Below are positions 13,041-25,669 of a stretch of DNA of 64,000 bases, one piece after another. The position numbers and the translations under genes were made by a program. The stretch is from Callorhinchus milii. Its lineage: Eukaryota. The stretch is taken from assembly GCF_018977255.1 (NCBI RefSeq), contig NW_024704742.1, positions 106,206,001 to 106,270,000 on the forward strand. Direction: 5' to 3'. The number at the start of each line of letters is the position of its first letter. Within the stretch, counting starts at the first letter, position 1. The notes under the pieces were generated by a model. It made no database searches. It was not told the origin of the DNA and saw only the letters and a program-made list of their open reading frames with translations.

Positions 13041-13429
13041 TAAATGGTTCCTGTAGTATTTAAAGGGTCCTAGTTAATTTACAATGAAACATATTGTTGG
13101 AGCATTCAGTGCACCACAAATGTCATCTTCTACTGAATGGACATTTTACACAGTGATATTCTGTCTGGGAATTTTGAAAGCATTATTGCATTCTTACTCC
13201 AGCTGCTATGTATAGAAGGAAAATTACAATTTACAGAAGGTTTTATTAAATTAGTCTGAGCTACTTTTATTTTGCTATTAATGCTATTAATGTGTGTACT
13301 AACCCTTTGTGTAACTATTTACAGTAGGCCCCGCACTTTGAGCAGCACAAATTGATTTTTGCCCCAATTGAAATCAGGACGGGATTCACATTCATTGTTA
13401 ACCTCTGCTCCCTGCTCATTTATCACAGT

Positions 13430-13708
13430 AGTAATGTATGTCCCTCATCCCCTCATCTTCATCCTCGGCATCCATGCTTTCAGCCACTATATCCCCAACT
13501 CTGGAACTCCCTGCTTCAATCCTTTCCATTTGCTTTCTCTTTGCCCATCTTCACATCACACTTAAAGACCTTTCTCTTTGACCGAACCTACAGTCATCTC
13601 CATTTCTTCCCGCTTGGTGTATGAGAAAGGAAGCCATTGTTTATGGCATTGTTTATGCTCCAAGATGCTATCCCGTTAGAAGGGTACTATATGAATGCAA
13701 ATTGTTGT
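13430..13708 (+). mobile_element. Old L2 3' end
   Basis: TTTCAGCCACTAT..CCCCAACTCTGGAACTCCCT...CTTAAAGACCTTTCTCTTTGAC, with tail CTATATGAATGCAAATTGTTG. Confidence 0.75.
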
Positions 13709-14149
13709 AATATTTACCAGTAAAGGTTGGCATTTTACCATAGCTGTTAGACTTCTCCTACAAATACTGAAATTGCTTGCACTTCTTATGTCACATTTGT
13801 TCAGACTGGTGCTTCCACATTGAATCACAATTTTCCTCCTTTAACTTACAATGACTCTTACATTAGCCTTGACATAGTACATCAGATAGACAAAATCATG
13901 GCTATTTTGCATGATCTATACTAACCCTAACCTGGAAATGTTTGATGCCAGGATGCCAAAAATGCAAATGTGTTCTCACACACTTACATTGCTTACCTTA
14001 ACAAGCAGATAAATGGCTGAAGTCTCACTAATCTATGTTAGGATGATTTATGAAATGTATATCAGACTAATCTCTTTGTGATTTGAATAAATTAATGAAT
14101 GATTAATAGTTTGCACCAGGAACTGATTTTACAAATCTGAGGGGCAAGC

Positions 14150-14450
14150 TCTCTTCACTCAACGGACACGGGCCTGTTTTGTGTCCCCCGCTCAATCTGT
14201 TCAACTATCGATGGGCGAGCTTTTAACAACTCTACCCCTGCTCTCTGGAACTCCATGCCAAAGTGCCTCCCCATTGCTCATTCCCTCACACTTTTAAAGA
14301 CCACCTCAAGACTTATCTCTTTGACTGTGCTGTGGGATGTCTTTCCCACCTTCCTTAGCACCCCCTCCACCTCCAGCCTGGGCAACCAATCAGTTGTGTG
14401 AAGCGCTTTGAGACATCCTCCAGACGTGAAAGGCACTATATAAATGTAAA
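14150..14450 (+). mobile_element. Old L2 3' end
   Basis: CTCTGGAACTCC...CCTCAAGACTTATCTCTTTGAC and the GAAGCGCTTTGAGACATCCTCCAGACGTGAAAGGCACTATAT tail. Confidence 0.75.
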
Positions 14451-14459
14451 TGTCTGAAT

Positions 14460-14900
14460 AGAATATGCCGCATGCTCAGCGCTTAGTATATCGAGTTCGA
14501 AACACTCAGCAGGAGAGTTCTGCATTGCTGATCTCGACATGGTGCAGAAATATATAAGCCAACTCTATATGCCATTACAAGCAGTGCATTAAGTTGCTCG
14601 GAAGTAATTAATGATCGATCACTCTGTGGTTTCAGCTCCTGAAGCATTAACTCCCAGAAATGTAGTAATCTAATAATTGAGGCTGTATTTAATTATTAAT
14701 TCAATAATTAAACGTGAATTATGTTCTTAGCTAGTGGATAAAATATATCTTTAGAGCCTTGTGCGATGATGGAAGAAAGTAATGGATGAAACAATATTCA
14801 ATATATTCCACGTGTGCTTGGAATACATTACTTTAAGAGGACATTATTTTATTGGCATGATTTGCCTGATAAATCTGGACAATGGGTTCTGTGCTCTGCC
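14460..14900. promoter_or_regulatory. Candidate conserved non-coding element
   Basis: Repeat-free block with many TAAT/TAATTA motifs, an ATCGAT (CUX/ONECUT-type) motif and retained CpGs. Confidence 0.45.
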
Positions 14901-16524
14901 CTAAATTGTTAGTGCCTCTCCGATTGTGGTTTGAATATGATAACTCTGCACGTATTTCTTTTGATTCTGAGATCATTTATAGTGTTTAGCCCATCGTGTC
15001 AGTGCTGGCCCTCTGAAAGAGCTACCCATCCAGTCACCTAACCCCTAAATCTCTCAATATGCCTGATACGTAATATTGCAAATATGTGGCTAATTTCCTT
15101 TTCCCTTCTGATTTCTGCTTCAAATGTGCATCTTGGTAGGGAAGAGATACTCAGTCAATACACTGGAGAGCAGCTGGCGCTTATGGAAGTCTCCTCAGCA
15201 AAGATTGTCCACCTTCAGGAAGGGGAGAAAACCAACTAAATTACACAACCACTTTTCAAATGCACAACTTTCCAATCAAAAGGGTTTTGAAACATACAAA
15301 AATTTCAGCACCCTGAAGAGACTGAAATGAAGAATTAAAAGGATCAGGCTCCACATAGCCGTTAAAAGATTCTTTTTCAAAGAAACAGTAACCTTCATGG
15401 CAGGGGTCACAAAACATTTTGTGGACAAATTTCCAAGTTTTTATCATCAATATCTTATTTCTCATGTTCATTGAAGCATAATACAAATCTATACGAAGCC
15501 CAGATAACAAATAGCTTCACAGTGAGATGCAATGAGATGAAATTGAACAAACTGTTAAAGTGACAGAATGTCAAACATTTGAAAACAACTTTGTGGAGCT
15601 CTTTTCTTGCAACATTTAAAAGGATAAAAACTACCAACTCAGAACTTTTAAAAGGTAAGGCCTTCTTGAAATTGTGCTTGCAATGTTTTCGTTTTTTTGT
15701 TGGTTGGACAGGTGTCTAAAACATGTGGAAACCTATTGCCACGGTTAAGAATATCTAAACCAGTCTGAAAATTCCACAAATGTATGTCATGTACAAATGG
15801 AGATAGCTTCCCACTGCTATGCCTGGTGTGTTTTTGACAAGCCTCCCACTGCTTCTCATTAGGGCTTTGGTCTGCAGGGTTAATAGGAGCTGAGTAGCAA
15901 GAATCCCTGTCCAGTCTGCTCCTCAAAGTCCTGCCGATGAACCAGGCCGGCTGGACTGTCATCTGCAGTACTCCAGTCTGCCCTGATTAAGGACCCAGAC
16001 TGTCAAGACCACCACTACAGAGGGTTGACCACCACTGATGGTTGGATTTTCTGACATTCCTTTTCCAGACACAACCCCCTAGAACTGGCTCAGCTCCTTA
16101 AAGACCAATGTTTTCATAGGAGTGGAAAGGAACTAAAACCTGAAGATACGTGCATAATCCTTTTTGTTCTCATACAAGTGAAGCAATTATTCCTATTTAC
16201 ATGTCATTTGCGTTGCAGCATTGTGTACTGTAGACAAATAAAAAATGATATGCCAAATACTGTTTCATGATGACAGCACCCCTTTAAACAATAGGATTGC
16301 AATACTGAATAGTGATGGCTGCATTAGTGCTAGATGAACCTTCATGATCACCAATTACAAGTAGAAAGACATGGAAAGACCTCAAAAACTATCTACGAGT
16401 GAGTGTAAGAGCAGATATACAAAAACTAATGGAATTAATATACATTTGATTCATCATATCTGTGTTGGTATTGATATGCTGGTTGTTGTGTCCAACAACC
16501 TGTCCACTCCTTCTATTCAACGAG

Positions 16525-16837
16525 CACTGCCTTGCTCCATGACCCCGCCCTGCTCACCCCACCATTGTGTGGACGGGCCTTCAGCTTTTCTGCCCCCACC
16601 CTTTAAAACTCCATCCCCATATCTCTCCGCCACTCCCCCTCTCTCGTCTCATTCAAGGCAGGTCTCAAGACCTTCCTCTTTGACCATGCCTTTGGCCTCA
16701 CTCCAACCCTCATTTCTTCCAAACCTCCAACCCTCTTGATTCCAACTCTCAGTTGGGGTTCAAACCCTTACTATCCGGCACTTTGAGACGTCTTTCCGAT
16801 GTGAAAGGCACTATATAAATGTAATTTGTTGTTGTTG
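16525..16837 (+). mobile_element. L2 3' end
   Basis: CCTTCAGCTTTTCTGCCCCCACCCT...TCAAGACCTTCCTCTTTGACC, ending in (GTT)n. Confidence 0.8.
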
Positions 16838-16849
16838 ATTCTAGCTCCC

Positions 16850-17165
16850 CTACTGGAGATATCTGTTCTATTCCCATTGCCCTGTTCTTCTTCATCCTTA
16901 AATGTAATTTTTCTTTAAGTATTTATACAATGTCCTCTTAAATATTGTTATAGACAGTTTTAACAGCATTTGTGATGAGGTGTTGTAATGTTGTAGAATG
17001 TTGTACATTCTAACAACCTTCTGTGAGTAAAATAAATCTTCCAACCTCCCCCTTTTCTCTTCTGGTGATAATTCTCAATTTATGCTTTTTAAACACTGAC
17101 TCTATAAGTATTGTTGTCTCTATTTCCCCCATGAAAGCTATTCATAATTTTGAAAACCTGTATCA
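16850..17165 (-). mobile_element. CR1 LINE 3' remnant
   Basis: TACATTCTAACAACCTTCTGTG and TTCATAATTTTGAAAACCTGTATCAA, the latter being the reverse of the LIQVFKIM motif. Confidence 0.55.
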
Positions 17166-18464
17166 AAGCAATTACAAATAACAATTGCATTGAAGGGTTT
17201 ATATGACAGCATAAATAATGAACATCATAAACCAGTCAGTATCTTTAATATGAAGGGAAATAATTTTGATGTGACGATTGATCATTCATGAAGCTTTCCA
17301 GTAAATTGAAGCTGCCGTCAACAAAGTTAAACAAATACCAGGTTGCAAATGTAGCATTTATAAATTATAATTTATTGTTGTTGTCTGTTGTGCGAGTCAG
17401 GGTGGGCACCAAAAGAATTATGTGACATTGATATGGTAAAATTACTAACTATGAATAGTCATTTTATCGACAATAATTTCCAGCCGCTTGCTAGGAATTA
17501 ACATTGCCTTGGAGAATACCTTTGGATATTATTTAATTTATCAAGAGGTACAATTTGCGGTATAGTCAAGAATCCCTTAAAATAGTGCCAGCCTAACTCC
17601 AACTCTAGTTTTAAGGAAATATACTGCAGATTTAACTTCATACATTTTATTACAGTAATGTTGATAAAAGAAACATGGTCAACAGAGAAAAGTAAAATCA
17701 TAAAAATGAGAATAATTGTGCGCTGAGATTTCACTTCATTGCAGTTTGTAGGACATTGTTGTGCACAAATTAGTTGCTGCATTTGCAAGTCACCACAGTA
17801 AATCCTGTGAAGTTCTTTGAGATATACTAAATTACATTATTTTTTGGTCAGCCAGGTGTCTTGACACATGTGGAAACCCATCGCAGTTCTTAAGCGTATC
17901 CAAACTAAACCATCCTAAATTACACAGAACGTTACATTGAGTTATATAGCATAAAATGCTTGTGCCGTTCCCCCAAATAATCTATGCCATGTTTATGCTC
18001 CACATGAATCTCCACCCCTTACATATGCATCAAGTTTTCTCTTAAATACATTGATACTTTTTGACCCACCACCAAGTGGAACCAGTCTCCCAACAACTCA
18101 CCAACAAGTCCTCCCAAGATGAAAGGCTTACACTATAATCCCTTCATTTTGAATATTAAATGCAAGAATTATTATTGCGAGGATTATTATTTTATGGGGG
18201 CGGGTGGAGGGGGGTGTAATATGGTATGTGATGTGATTGTTGCACCAGTGATAATGATCACATCACACACAGAATTCACCCTTTATTTGAGTCAATGTCA
18301 ATGTTATCCTATTAATGGTAGAGTATATCAGTGCTGTGAATTGTTGACCAAACCTTAAAAGCTAAACTATACAGCCTCAGTAAGTTCAATCACAAAGGTA
18401 ACATTTCCACAAGTGCCTGTCCTGTACCTTTGACTACAGTTATCCTTACAACCTTTAATTCCTT

Positions 18465-18722
18465 TCTGCAAGTCCCTCATCCCCTCCACTGCACCATCAG
18501 CAGCCGTGCTTTCAGCCACTATGCCCCCAAAACTCTGGAGCACCCTGTCTTAATCCCTCAACCTTGCCCTCTCTTTGCCTATCTTCAATTCCTACCTGAA
18601 GACCTTCCTCTTCGACCATGCCTATGGTTACCTCTCTTCTTCTCCCAGCTATGAATCAAGCTGTTAAACTCTCCGAGACTCTAATCCCACGTGAAGTGTG
18701 CTATATCAATAAACGTTGTTGT
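18465..18722 (+). mobile_element. Old L2 3' end
   Basis: SRAFSHYAPK motif, GACCTTCCTCTTCGACCATGCC and a GTTGTTGTT tail. Confidence 0.8.
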
Positions 18723-18814
18723 TTCTCAAGCAGATCTGCGTTTATAGCATGCTTTATGGTGGGCACACTATTTTGCAGTGAGCCACAAATGTAATTGCAT
18801 AGCTGGAACCTGGC

Positions 18815-19130
18815 ACTTTGTATTGGTTGATGATCAATCGATCAGTTAATTGCTAAGCAGGCACTTTGCGAACAAACTACGGCTGCACAAATTGATCGAT
18901 CACTTAATTGATCACTGATTATTGTGTTGTTCACGAAAGAGAAAGCCGAGGAAGGCAGGCTATTGACCAGCTGCAAATTTAAACGATTACAAACTTGTTT
19001 CTCACAACGGGGAAAGACAAGGAAGGCGGCACATTGATTAGTTGTTAAATTAATTATTCTCACACATTTAATGGAGAAATGTAACTTGAGGAGAAACAAC
19101 CTCAGTAAATGGGCCAAAGGTATAAGTTTT
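18815..19130. promoter_or_regulatory. Strong candidate conserved enhancer with an ONECUT/CUX motif cluster
   Basis: GATCAATCGATC, AATTGATCGATC, AATTGATCAC, ATTGATT and TTAATTA motifs; many intact CpGs in an otherwise CpG-depleted window. Confidence 0.6.
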
Positions 19131-20447
19131 ACATTTTTAAGATTTTAAAACTGGTTTTAAACATTAAAAACAGCATTTATGTATTGCATTTATAGAGCGC
19201 CCTTCACATGGGCAAGTGTCTCAGAGAGATTATCCTTTTATCTGACATAGTGCCTTTATATTGAGACACCTTAAATCACTTCACAGGTAATTGGTGTCAA
19301 CCGCAGTGATTCTGTGTCTTCATGCAGATTTTTAAAAATTTCTGATCAAAATCTAATGACTATTTAGAGTGCCAGGGAGGCCTGTAAATGAGAAGTGGGC
19401 ATTATGCTCCTGCTGATACAGGATGCTGCTATTGTTAAAAATACAACTCGATCAGTCATTTATAATTCTTTCCTCCTTAACTCTGGGCCTGGCAACTGGG
19501 TATTTAGATGGCCTTGATCATGGGATACAAGGGGGAAATGGCCTCATTCAGGCTGTCCTACCTATTTAGTTTTTGCTTCATGCTAATTGATCATGGATCA
19601 GCATTGATTGTGGCTGTTGCAAACTCCATGGTCCTCATAGCTGGATAAAAGGAGCATTATGATATATTCCTTGTTTGGGCTTAATAATGTCCTCTTCTCA
19701 TTTGGTCATTGATAACACTTGATCAGGATTTTTTTAATGCAGTGCTGTATTAGTTAATTTATTTTACAATAAAAAATCGGGGTATTTCTTAATATGTTTA
19801 TTTACTAAGGAACATGAGTCGCACAGATGGAGATTTCTCATCTGATTGTTGCTAATAGCTCAGAATGATCTGGATCCATTAAAGGATTGTTCATAACTGT
19901 ACCTGTTTCTCTGGTTTTGTTCATGTGGTTTAAGGTGGAATTCACGTATAAACCTTCGGAAGAGCTAGTTAACAATCTTGATATGAAGACTTAAAACATC
20001 AAAGAGACAATACAGGATAACATTATTTGTTTGTTGGATTCATTTTCTCTTTTAGTCATCGTGTAAAGATGCTATAAAACATGCTATAAACAAAAGTGCA
20101 TTAATTAAGAGAATCATTTAGAGAGGTTACTAAAATGTTGTGGCAGAGAAATCATCCATGAATATAGTGACAATAAAGTAACTGTAAGTAAGCACCAATT
20201 TGTAACTTCTGATAACAAAACAACTTGTATTTATATTGTACCATTCATATAGGATAACGTCTCAGAACACTTATCCACTTTGTTTCCTTTTCCTATGAGT
20301 CACAAGATCATATGATTGGTTTTGATGAATAAATTCCTTCGGCCCATTTGTTCCTATCCATTCAGAATACCCACCCTACTGTCCTCAATCACAGCATCAA
20401 TCTGCTTTTTAAATGAAAACAAATACTGGCTAAACATGCTCTGGTTT

Positions 20448-20473
20448 GTGTGTGTGTGTGTGTGCGTGTGTGT
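20448..20473. repeat. (TG)n microsatellite
   Basis: Direct observation. Confidence 0.95.
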
Positions 20474-21039
20474 GAAGAGAGAAAATCTTCTAATCTCCAG
20501 CCTCACTGAGGCTCGAAAAGACCCACAAAAAGTCAGAAAGCAAAACACTGGCTGGAAAATGGGCTTTGCAGGGCTTTGGGATCAGGGGTTGTTTGCTATT
20601 ATTTAATTGAATTTCATAGCAAATCCTACAATTTCAGTCATCAACTGGAAGTTGCTAATATCACAGCAACCTCAGGTTTGCCAGTACGTCATTTTCAACC
20701 ACATTATCCATGTTTCGCAGCATTTAATTTACTTAGATTATATCTGCTCTTAATTTTATTTTCTTCAATAAAATCTATACAAAGTCAACATGCTCCACAA
20801 CAAAGTAACTATTAATATTGCACCAGCTCGCAATGTGTCCAGCATTCAGGAGCTGACCTCATCCTTGTGTGATTTCCATGTATTCATGGGTTTATGGTGT
20901 TCCATGAGTCATGTTCACTTGGATTGCAACATTGTACTGAATTTCCTGTTGTTAATTCGTGGCTTATGTTTAGAGTATCTTGATAGTTGTATTGTAAGAG
21001 AAACATTCATTATTTTTTATTGCTATTTAATGGTAAAAA

Positions 21040-21190
21040 TGTTGCCTGTGTACTTCCCTGAATAATAAATGATTGCAAGCTATTAAGTGTGGCTGGGATG
21101 CAAATCATATCTAATTAGTCTGTTTACGTAAATTGCTCATTTAGCTTATTTATGCATATTCCAAGTTAATGCTTTTAAAGGAAAGTCCAC
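21040..21190. promoter_or_regulatory. Candidate enhancer with POU/homeodomain/forkhead motifs
   Basis: ATGCAAAT, CTAATTAG, TGTTTAC and TTATGCATA within about 100 bp. Confidence 0.35.
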
Positions 21191-21351
21191 AGAATTGTCC
21201 CATAATCCTAAACATTAGTTTAGGACACCTATCAGTTTCTTCTGTTATAGCACTGCCACTAGAAAGTGGAGAATCCTGACGGTGATATTACTATTACTAA
21301 ATATAATTATTACTATTATTACTAAATACTAAATATAATTATTATTAAATA

Positions 21352-22146
21352 CAACAACAAAATTACATGTGTATAGCGCCTTTCACGTTGAGAAGATGTC
21401 TCAAGGTGCTGAACAGTCAGTGTATCGGACCCGAGCTGGGGGTTGGATTTGGGGAGGGTGGAGGGCGGTGGTGGGGGAAAGAGGATGATTGAAAGCGCGA
21501 TCGAAGAGGAAGGTCTTGAGATGGATCTTGAAGGAGGGAAGGGAGGGGGCGAGGTGGAGGGACTGTGGGATGGAGTCCCAGTGGATGGGGCAGAGTTGCT
21601 GAAGGCTCATCCGCCAATGGTGGAGCGAGCAATAATAATAATAATAATAATCCTTGCATTTGATATAGCGCTTTTCACGTCGGGAGGACGTCCCAAAGCA
21701 CTTCACAGAACACACTGTAAAGTGAATTGACTGTATATTTGTGGGCAAACGCGGCAGCCAATTGCGCAGAGCAATGTCCCACAACCAGTTGTAGATTGAA
21801 AATGACCAATTTCTTATTGTTTTTGGTTTTGGAGGGATTATTATTAGGCTCTGTGTGGAGTAAGGAAACTTGCCCAAGGTTTCGCCCTGCCTGGAATTGA
21901 ACTCAGGTCTCTCACTTGCAAAGCAAGTGCTCTAACCAATGAGCTACAGGACACCACAAGAGCAAGGCTGGGGACGTGAAGCAGGTCGGAGCCCGCTGAG
22001 CCGAAGGAGCGGGCAGGTTGGTAGGGGGTTAGGGGGTCGCAGAGGTAGGGCGGAGCAAGAATGGGGATGATAGGGTCACAGAACCTGGTGCAGGAGAGAA
22101 CACGGACTACAGAGTTCTGGATGATCTGGAGCCTATGGAGAGAGGA
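21352..22146 (-). mobile_element. L2 3' fragment with a nested full SINE, inserted in an AT-rich tandem repeat
   Basis: (AAC)n tail at 21352; FKIHLKTFLFDRAF on the minus strand; imperfect TAAATATAATTATTAC repeats on both sides (21285-21350 and 22165-22325). Confidence 0.9.
21631..21957 (-). mobile_element. Full-length tRNA-derived SINE nested in L2
   Basis: Full family match; GAGCAA at both junctions is a possible target duplication. Confidence 0.93.
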
Positions 22147-23329
22147 TACTAAATGGAGGAGGATACTAACTATTTAAATACTAAATATAATTACTAAATA
22201 CAATTTTAGATATTTATTACTAAATACAATTTCATATAATTATTATTAAATACAATTTCATATAATTATTACTGAATGCTAAATATAATTATTACTAAAT
22301 ACTAAATCCAATTACTAAATATAATTTCATTGCTTTGTTGTTTAGGTATTCAATCAGGTGCTTTGTGTCACATTTGCTCTGGTCTTTTCCAGGAGTCATG
22401 CAGATACTTTCTCATGCTCCATTAGATCTTCAAGCTGGCTACTTTTAGAAGTTGATAGTTTTAACAAAGAGTTCCCAGAATGTCTAGCAAATTGTGAACT
22501 TGTATCCTGTAAGCTGTCTTCAACAACCTCTCAGGAGACTGGGCCAATGTAGCCTTTATATCTAAATGCTCTGAGGCCCTCCCCTAAGTGAGGGGTGCTA
22601 TATAAATGCAAGTTGTTGTTATACTAGGGTAGCCTCTGAGTAAGGCTTTTTGGTGTGCGAAGCGGGGTATCTGGGCTTTTCCAGGTTGCTTGATAACAGG
22701 AGGTGGTTGCTAAATGCAGGTGATTGCTGAATACTACTAATAATAATTAATAATAGTTGCTTGAACAGAACTGTATATTAAAACTTGTGCAGTTAAAAAG
22801 TATAGCTTGTTTTTGGGGTCTTACTCCTGATATTTCGAAGGCTTGTCAACCTCATGATTCATTGGGAGCAAAATCTCTTATGTGCGAAGTTGAAAATGAT
22901 TCTCTAATAACAGAATCTGCTTTTAACTCCACATGCATGGCAAAAGACAAATATTTATGTCTGAAAGCAGCTGAAAAGAAAGAAGAATGTTTGACTTGAA
23001 ATAACAAGTTTCCAATCTTACCTGCTGCCAATCCATTGTGATGATTCCTTCAACAATAGTTTGCTCAGGCTAAGAACAACTAGTTGTATATTTGACTAGT
23101 TCATTCCGATGTTGTGTATAATGGCTGATTATTGGTTCCCATCTGTAAACCTCTACCCTCTGTGGTTCAGATCTAAGTTTAGTCTTCAAAGTAAGAAACT
23201 ACTTATATTTTTAATACCTTATCACATCAAAATATCTCAAAATGCTTCACAGATAATTACTGTCAAGTGTAGTGCCTGTTTTTGGATGCAAACAAGACAG
23301 ATTGGATCAAGCAAGGTCCCACACACTTA

Positions 23330-23606
23330 ATAATAATTCTTGCATTTGATGCAGTGCCTTTCACATTGAGAGGACTTCTCAAAGTACTTCATGGGATTTA
23401 CTGTAAAGTAATGATCAATTAATTTGGAGGTTTGTTGGGTAAGACTGGAGGAAGTTCCATTCTCTTTTGATTAGTGCGGTGGGATCTTTAATGGACACAT
23501 AAAAGACAGACAGACAGGATCTCCATTTAACCTTATATCCAAAGGAAATCATCTCTGACAATGCAGCGTTCTTCCAGTACTGCAGTGAACAGTCAGCCTA
23601 GACTAT
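23330..23606 (-). mobile_element. Deu-domain SINE remnant
   Basis: Reverse L2-type tail, then GGGATCTTTAATG...TTTAACCTTATATCCAAAG...CTCTGACAATGCAGC. Confidence 0.7.
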
Positions 23607-24519
23607 GAGCTCATAGAGAGAGGGCACCTAGTGGAAGCCAAATTCTCTTTCACGGGGAGAAAAAGCAAAATCAAAGGAAGCAAACTCAAATCAAATTCTG
23701 CAACCAAAGCCTCTCTGCTGAATCTGTTTGTAATGGATTTGATCAGCATTCTTAGCAGCAGAGAGGATATAGATATAGAGGGAAGAAACAAGAGGGAAAG
23801 GAAGTATAAATTTAGAGAGAAGGAAGCACATAGATTTAGAGAGAAGAAACAGGGGAAAAGGGCATTTTTGCACAAACAAAAACATGTATCATATATGCCT
23901 TACGATTCTTTGATCTGCTGACATTCCGTACTTAAAATATTTTAATGAAGTGAAAGAATAACAGCAGCCCAACAAATCACGAATATTAACATTAGTACAA
24001 CCTAGAACCTGCCCCCAGTATATTCTGTGCAATGAAACTAAACTTCCCAGACATATTGAAGATTCTGCTCTGTATCAGGTCCTCTGATATTTATCGACAA
24101 TCAGGAATGATGCCTGCCATTCTTCAAAAGTGCGGTCCATGACTCATTGACCATGACAATGTGCAAACTCTTCACTACTTGTTTATAATTGGAAATCCCT
24201 TTATAAAACTTATTTAATAAAACAATGATTAGTATCACACTAAAATACTTGGCGAAAGCTAAATGTTTATTGGCCATCTCACACTTTATGATTTGCATAT
24301 GGCAAATTTTGTACATAAAAAGCATTTTTGATTTTTAAAATAAAAATTCTGAGAGCTTTATGATTCACTGAATTTCACATTTGTTCAGAAGTCCTGGTTT
24401 GGCCCTTTGGGTTACTGCATCCATCATACAGAAATTGTCCCTCTCTTACACAGTGGGTTAGAAATTTCTGGCCAACTTCTGCAGTAAATCTGTTCTTATG
24501 AATGATGGGGAAAGCTGAC

Positions 24520-24645
24520 TGAGGGACTTTACCACAAAGTTAGGGCATTATGACAAGGTGAGGGGCTTTATCAGATGTGAGGAACTTTACAATAATGTGA
24601 GGGGCTTTACCATGATGTGAGGGGCTTTACCGTGATGTGAAGGGT
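24520..24645. repeat. 20-bp tandem repeat (GTGAGGGGCTTTACCATGAT) adjoining a possible MITE end
   Basis: About five imperfect units. Confidence 0.8.
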
Positions 24646-25669
24646 ATTTAGCAGCCATCAGTTAAAATCCTTTCATGCTCATGGTTGATTCATGTGAATG
24701 CTCTCATTGAGTATTGCGCTTTCAGGTCAGAAATGATTCCAGCAGACAGATCTCAAATCTTCGTTTCTTTTCGGTTGTTAAATTGTAAAAACATAAGCTT
24801 CCTGCTAACCAAACATTAACCTTGCACAGGCACTGTACATGAGTGCATAAGGTGAAAGGGATTGCGTGCTCATGAGCACCATGCTCATTAGCAATAGCAT
24901 CCATCTGTCTGCAGATACAGTCTGTCATTTTAAAGGCATGTTATTCCCTCCTCTGGGAATTTTTGCACAGGTGCCTTTCCTGGAACATCCAGAAACAGCA
25001 GACATAGAAATTCATCACTGTTTCATCTCAGGAGAGACTGCGATGGAGAAGGCCCTTCGGCCCATTTGATTTCACATTGGAAATTGCAGTACAGCACACC
25101 TCGGAATACACTAGGAATGAAATACTCCCTCTTCCCACAGTCAAAGAGGAAACTTTCCTGCTAGACGTTAGAAACATTTTAAGTGTTATTTTTAAATCCT
25201 TTTTTTGAGGTAATGATTTAAAAAGTTCCTTACAGTGGCAGACATGCTTGGTGACACAATGAGGTCATTTCATCGCTGATTGCACCGTTGGGTCTTTCTT
25301 TTGCCTACAGAGAGGTTAAAATGTCTTGCAAGCCACTTTATGTTGATGACCTGTCTCCTTTCAGCACAGTTCGAATCAGTGTAATCAATAATAATCCTGT
25401 CCAGTTAATTCTTTTGTTTCATTGTTCTGTTTAACCATTAATCCACCTTTCACTGTAACATTGTTTTACAAATATCTTACAATCCAGATTCATAACGAAA
25501 CCACTCAGGCTTCCAACATTGTAATCCACTGTAATCTTCACTGTTAAACCTATATTTATAAATAATTTCAGGACATCCAGTGTATGTTCACTTCTTTGTT
25601 CCTTTAAACTTTGTGAAAACTACAGGAAATGCTGTGTCCTTTGCCTTCATGTGAGTAAGTATAAGTTGA

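Noticed and set aside
22358-23000. Short ORFs with protein-like composition
   Set aside because: Stops in all frames and no motif match that I can name.
23603-23921. Lys/Arg/Glu-rich ORF
   Set aside because: Product of purine-rich low-complexity DNA next to a SINE.
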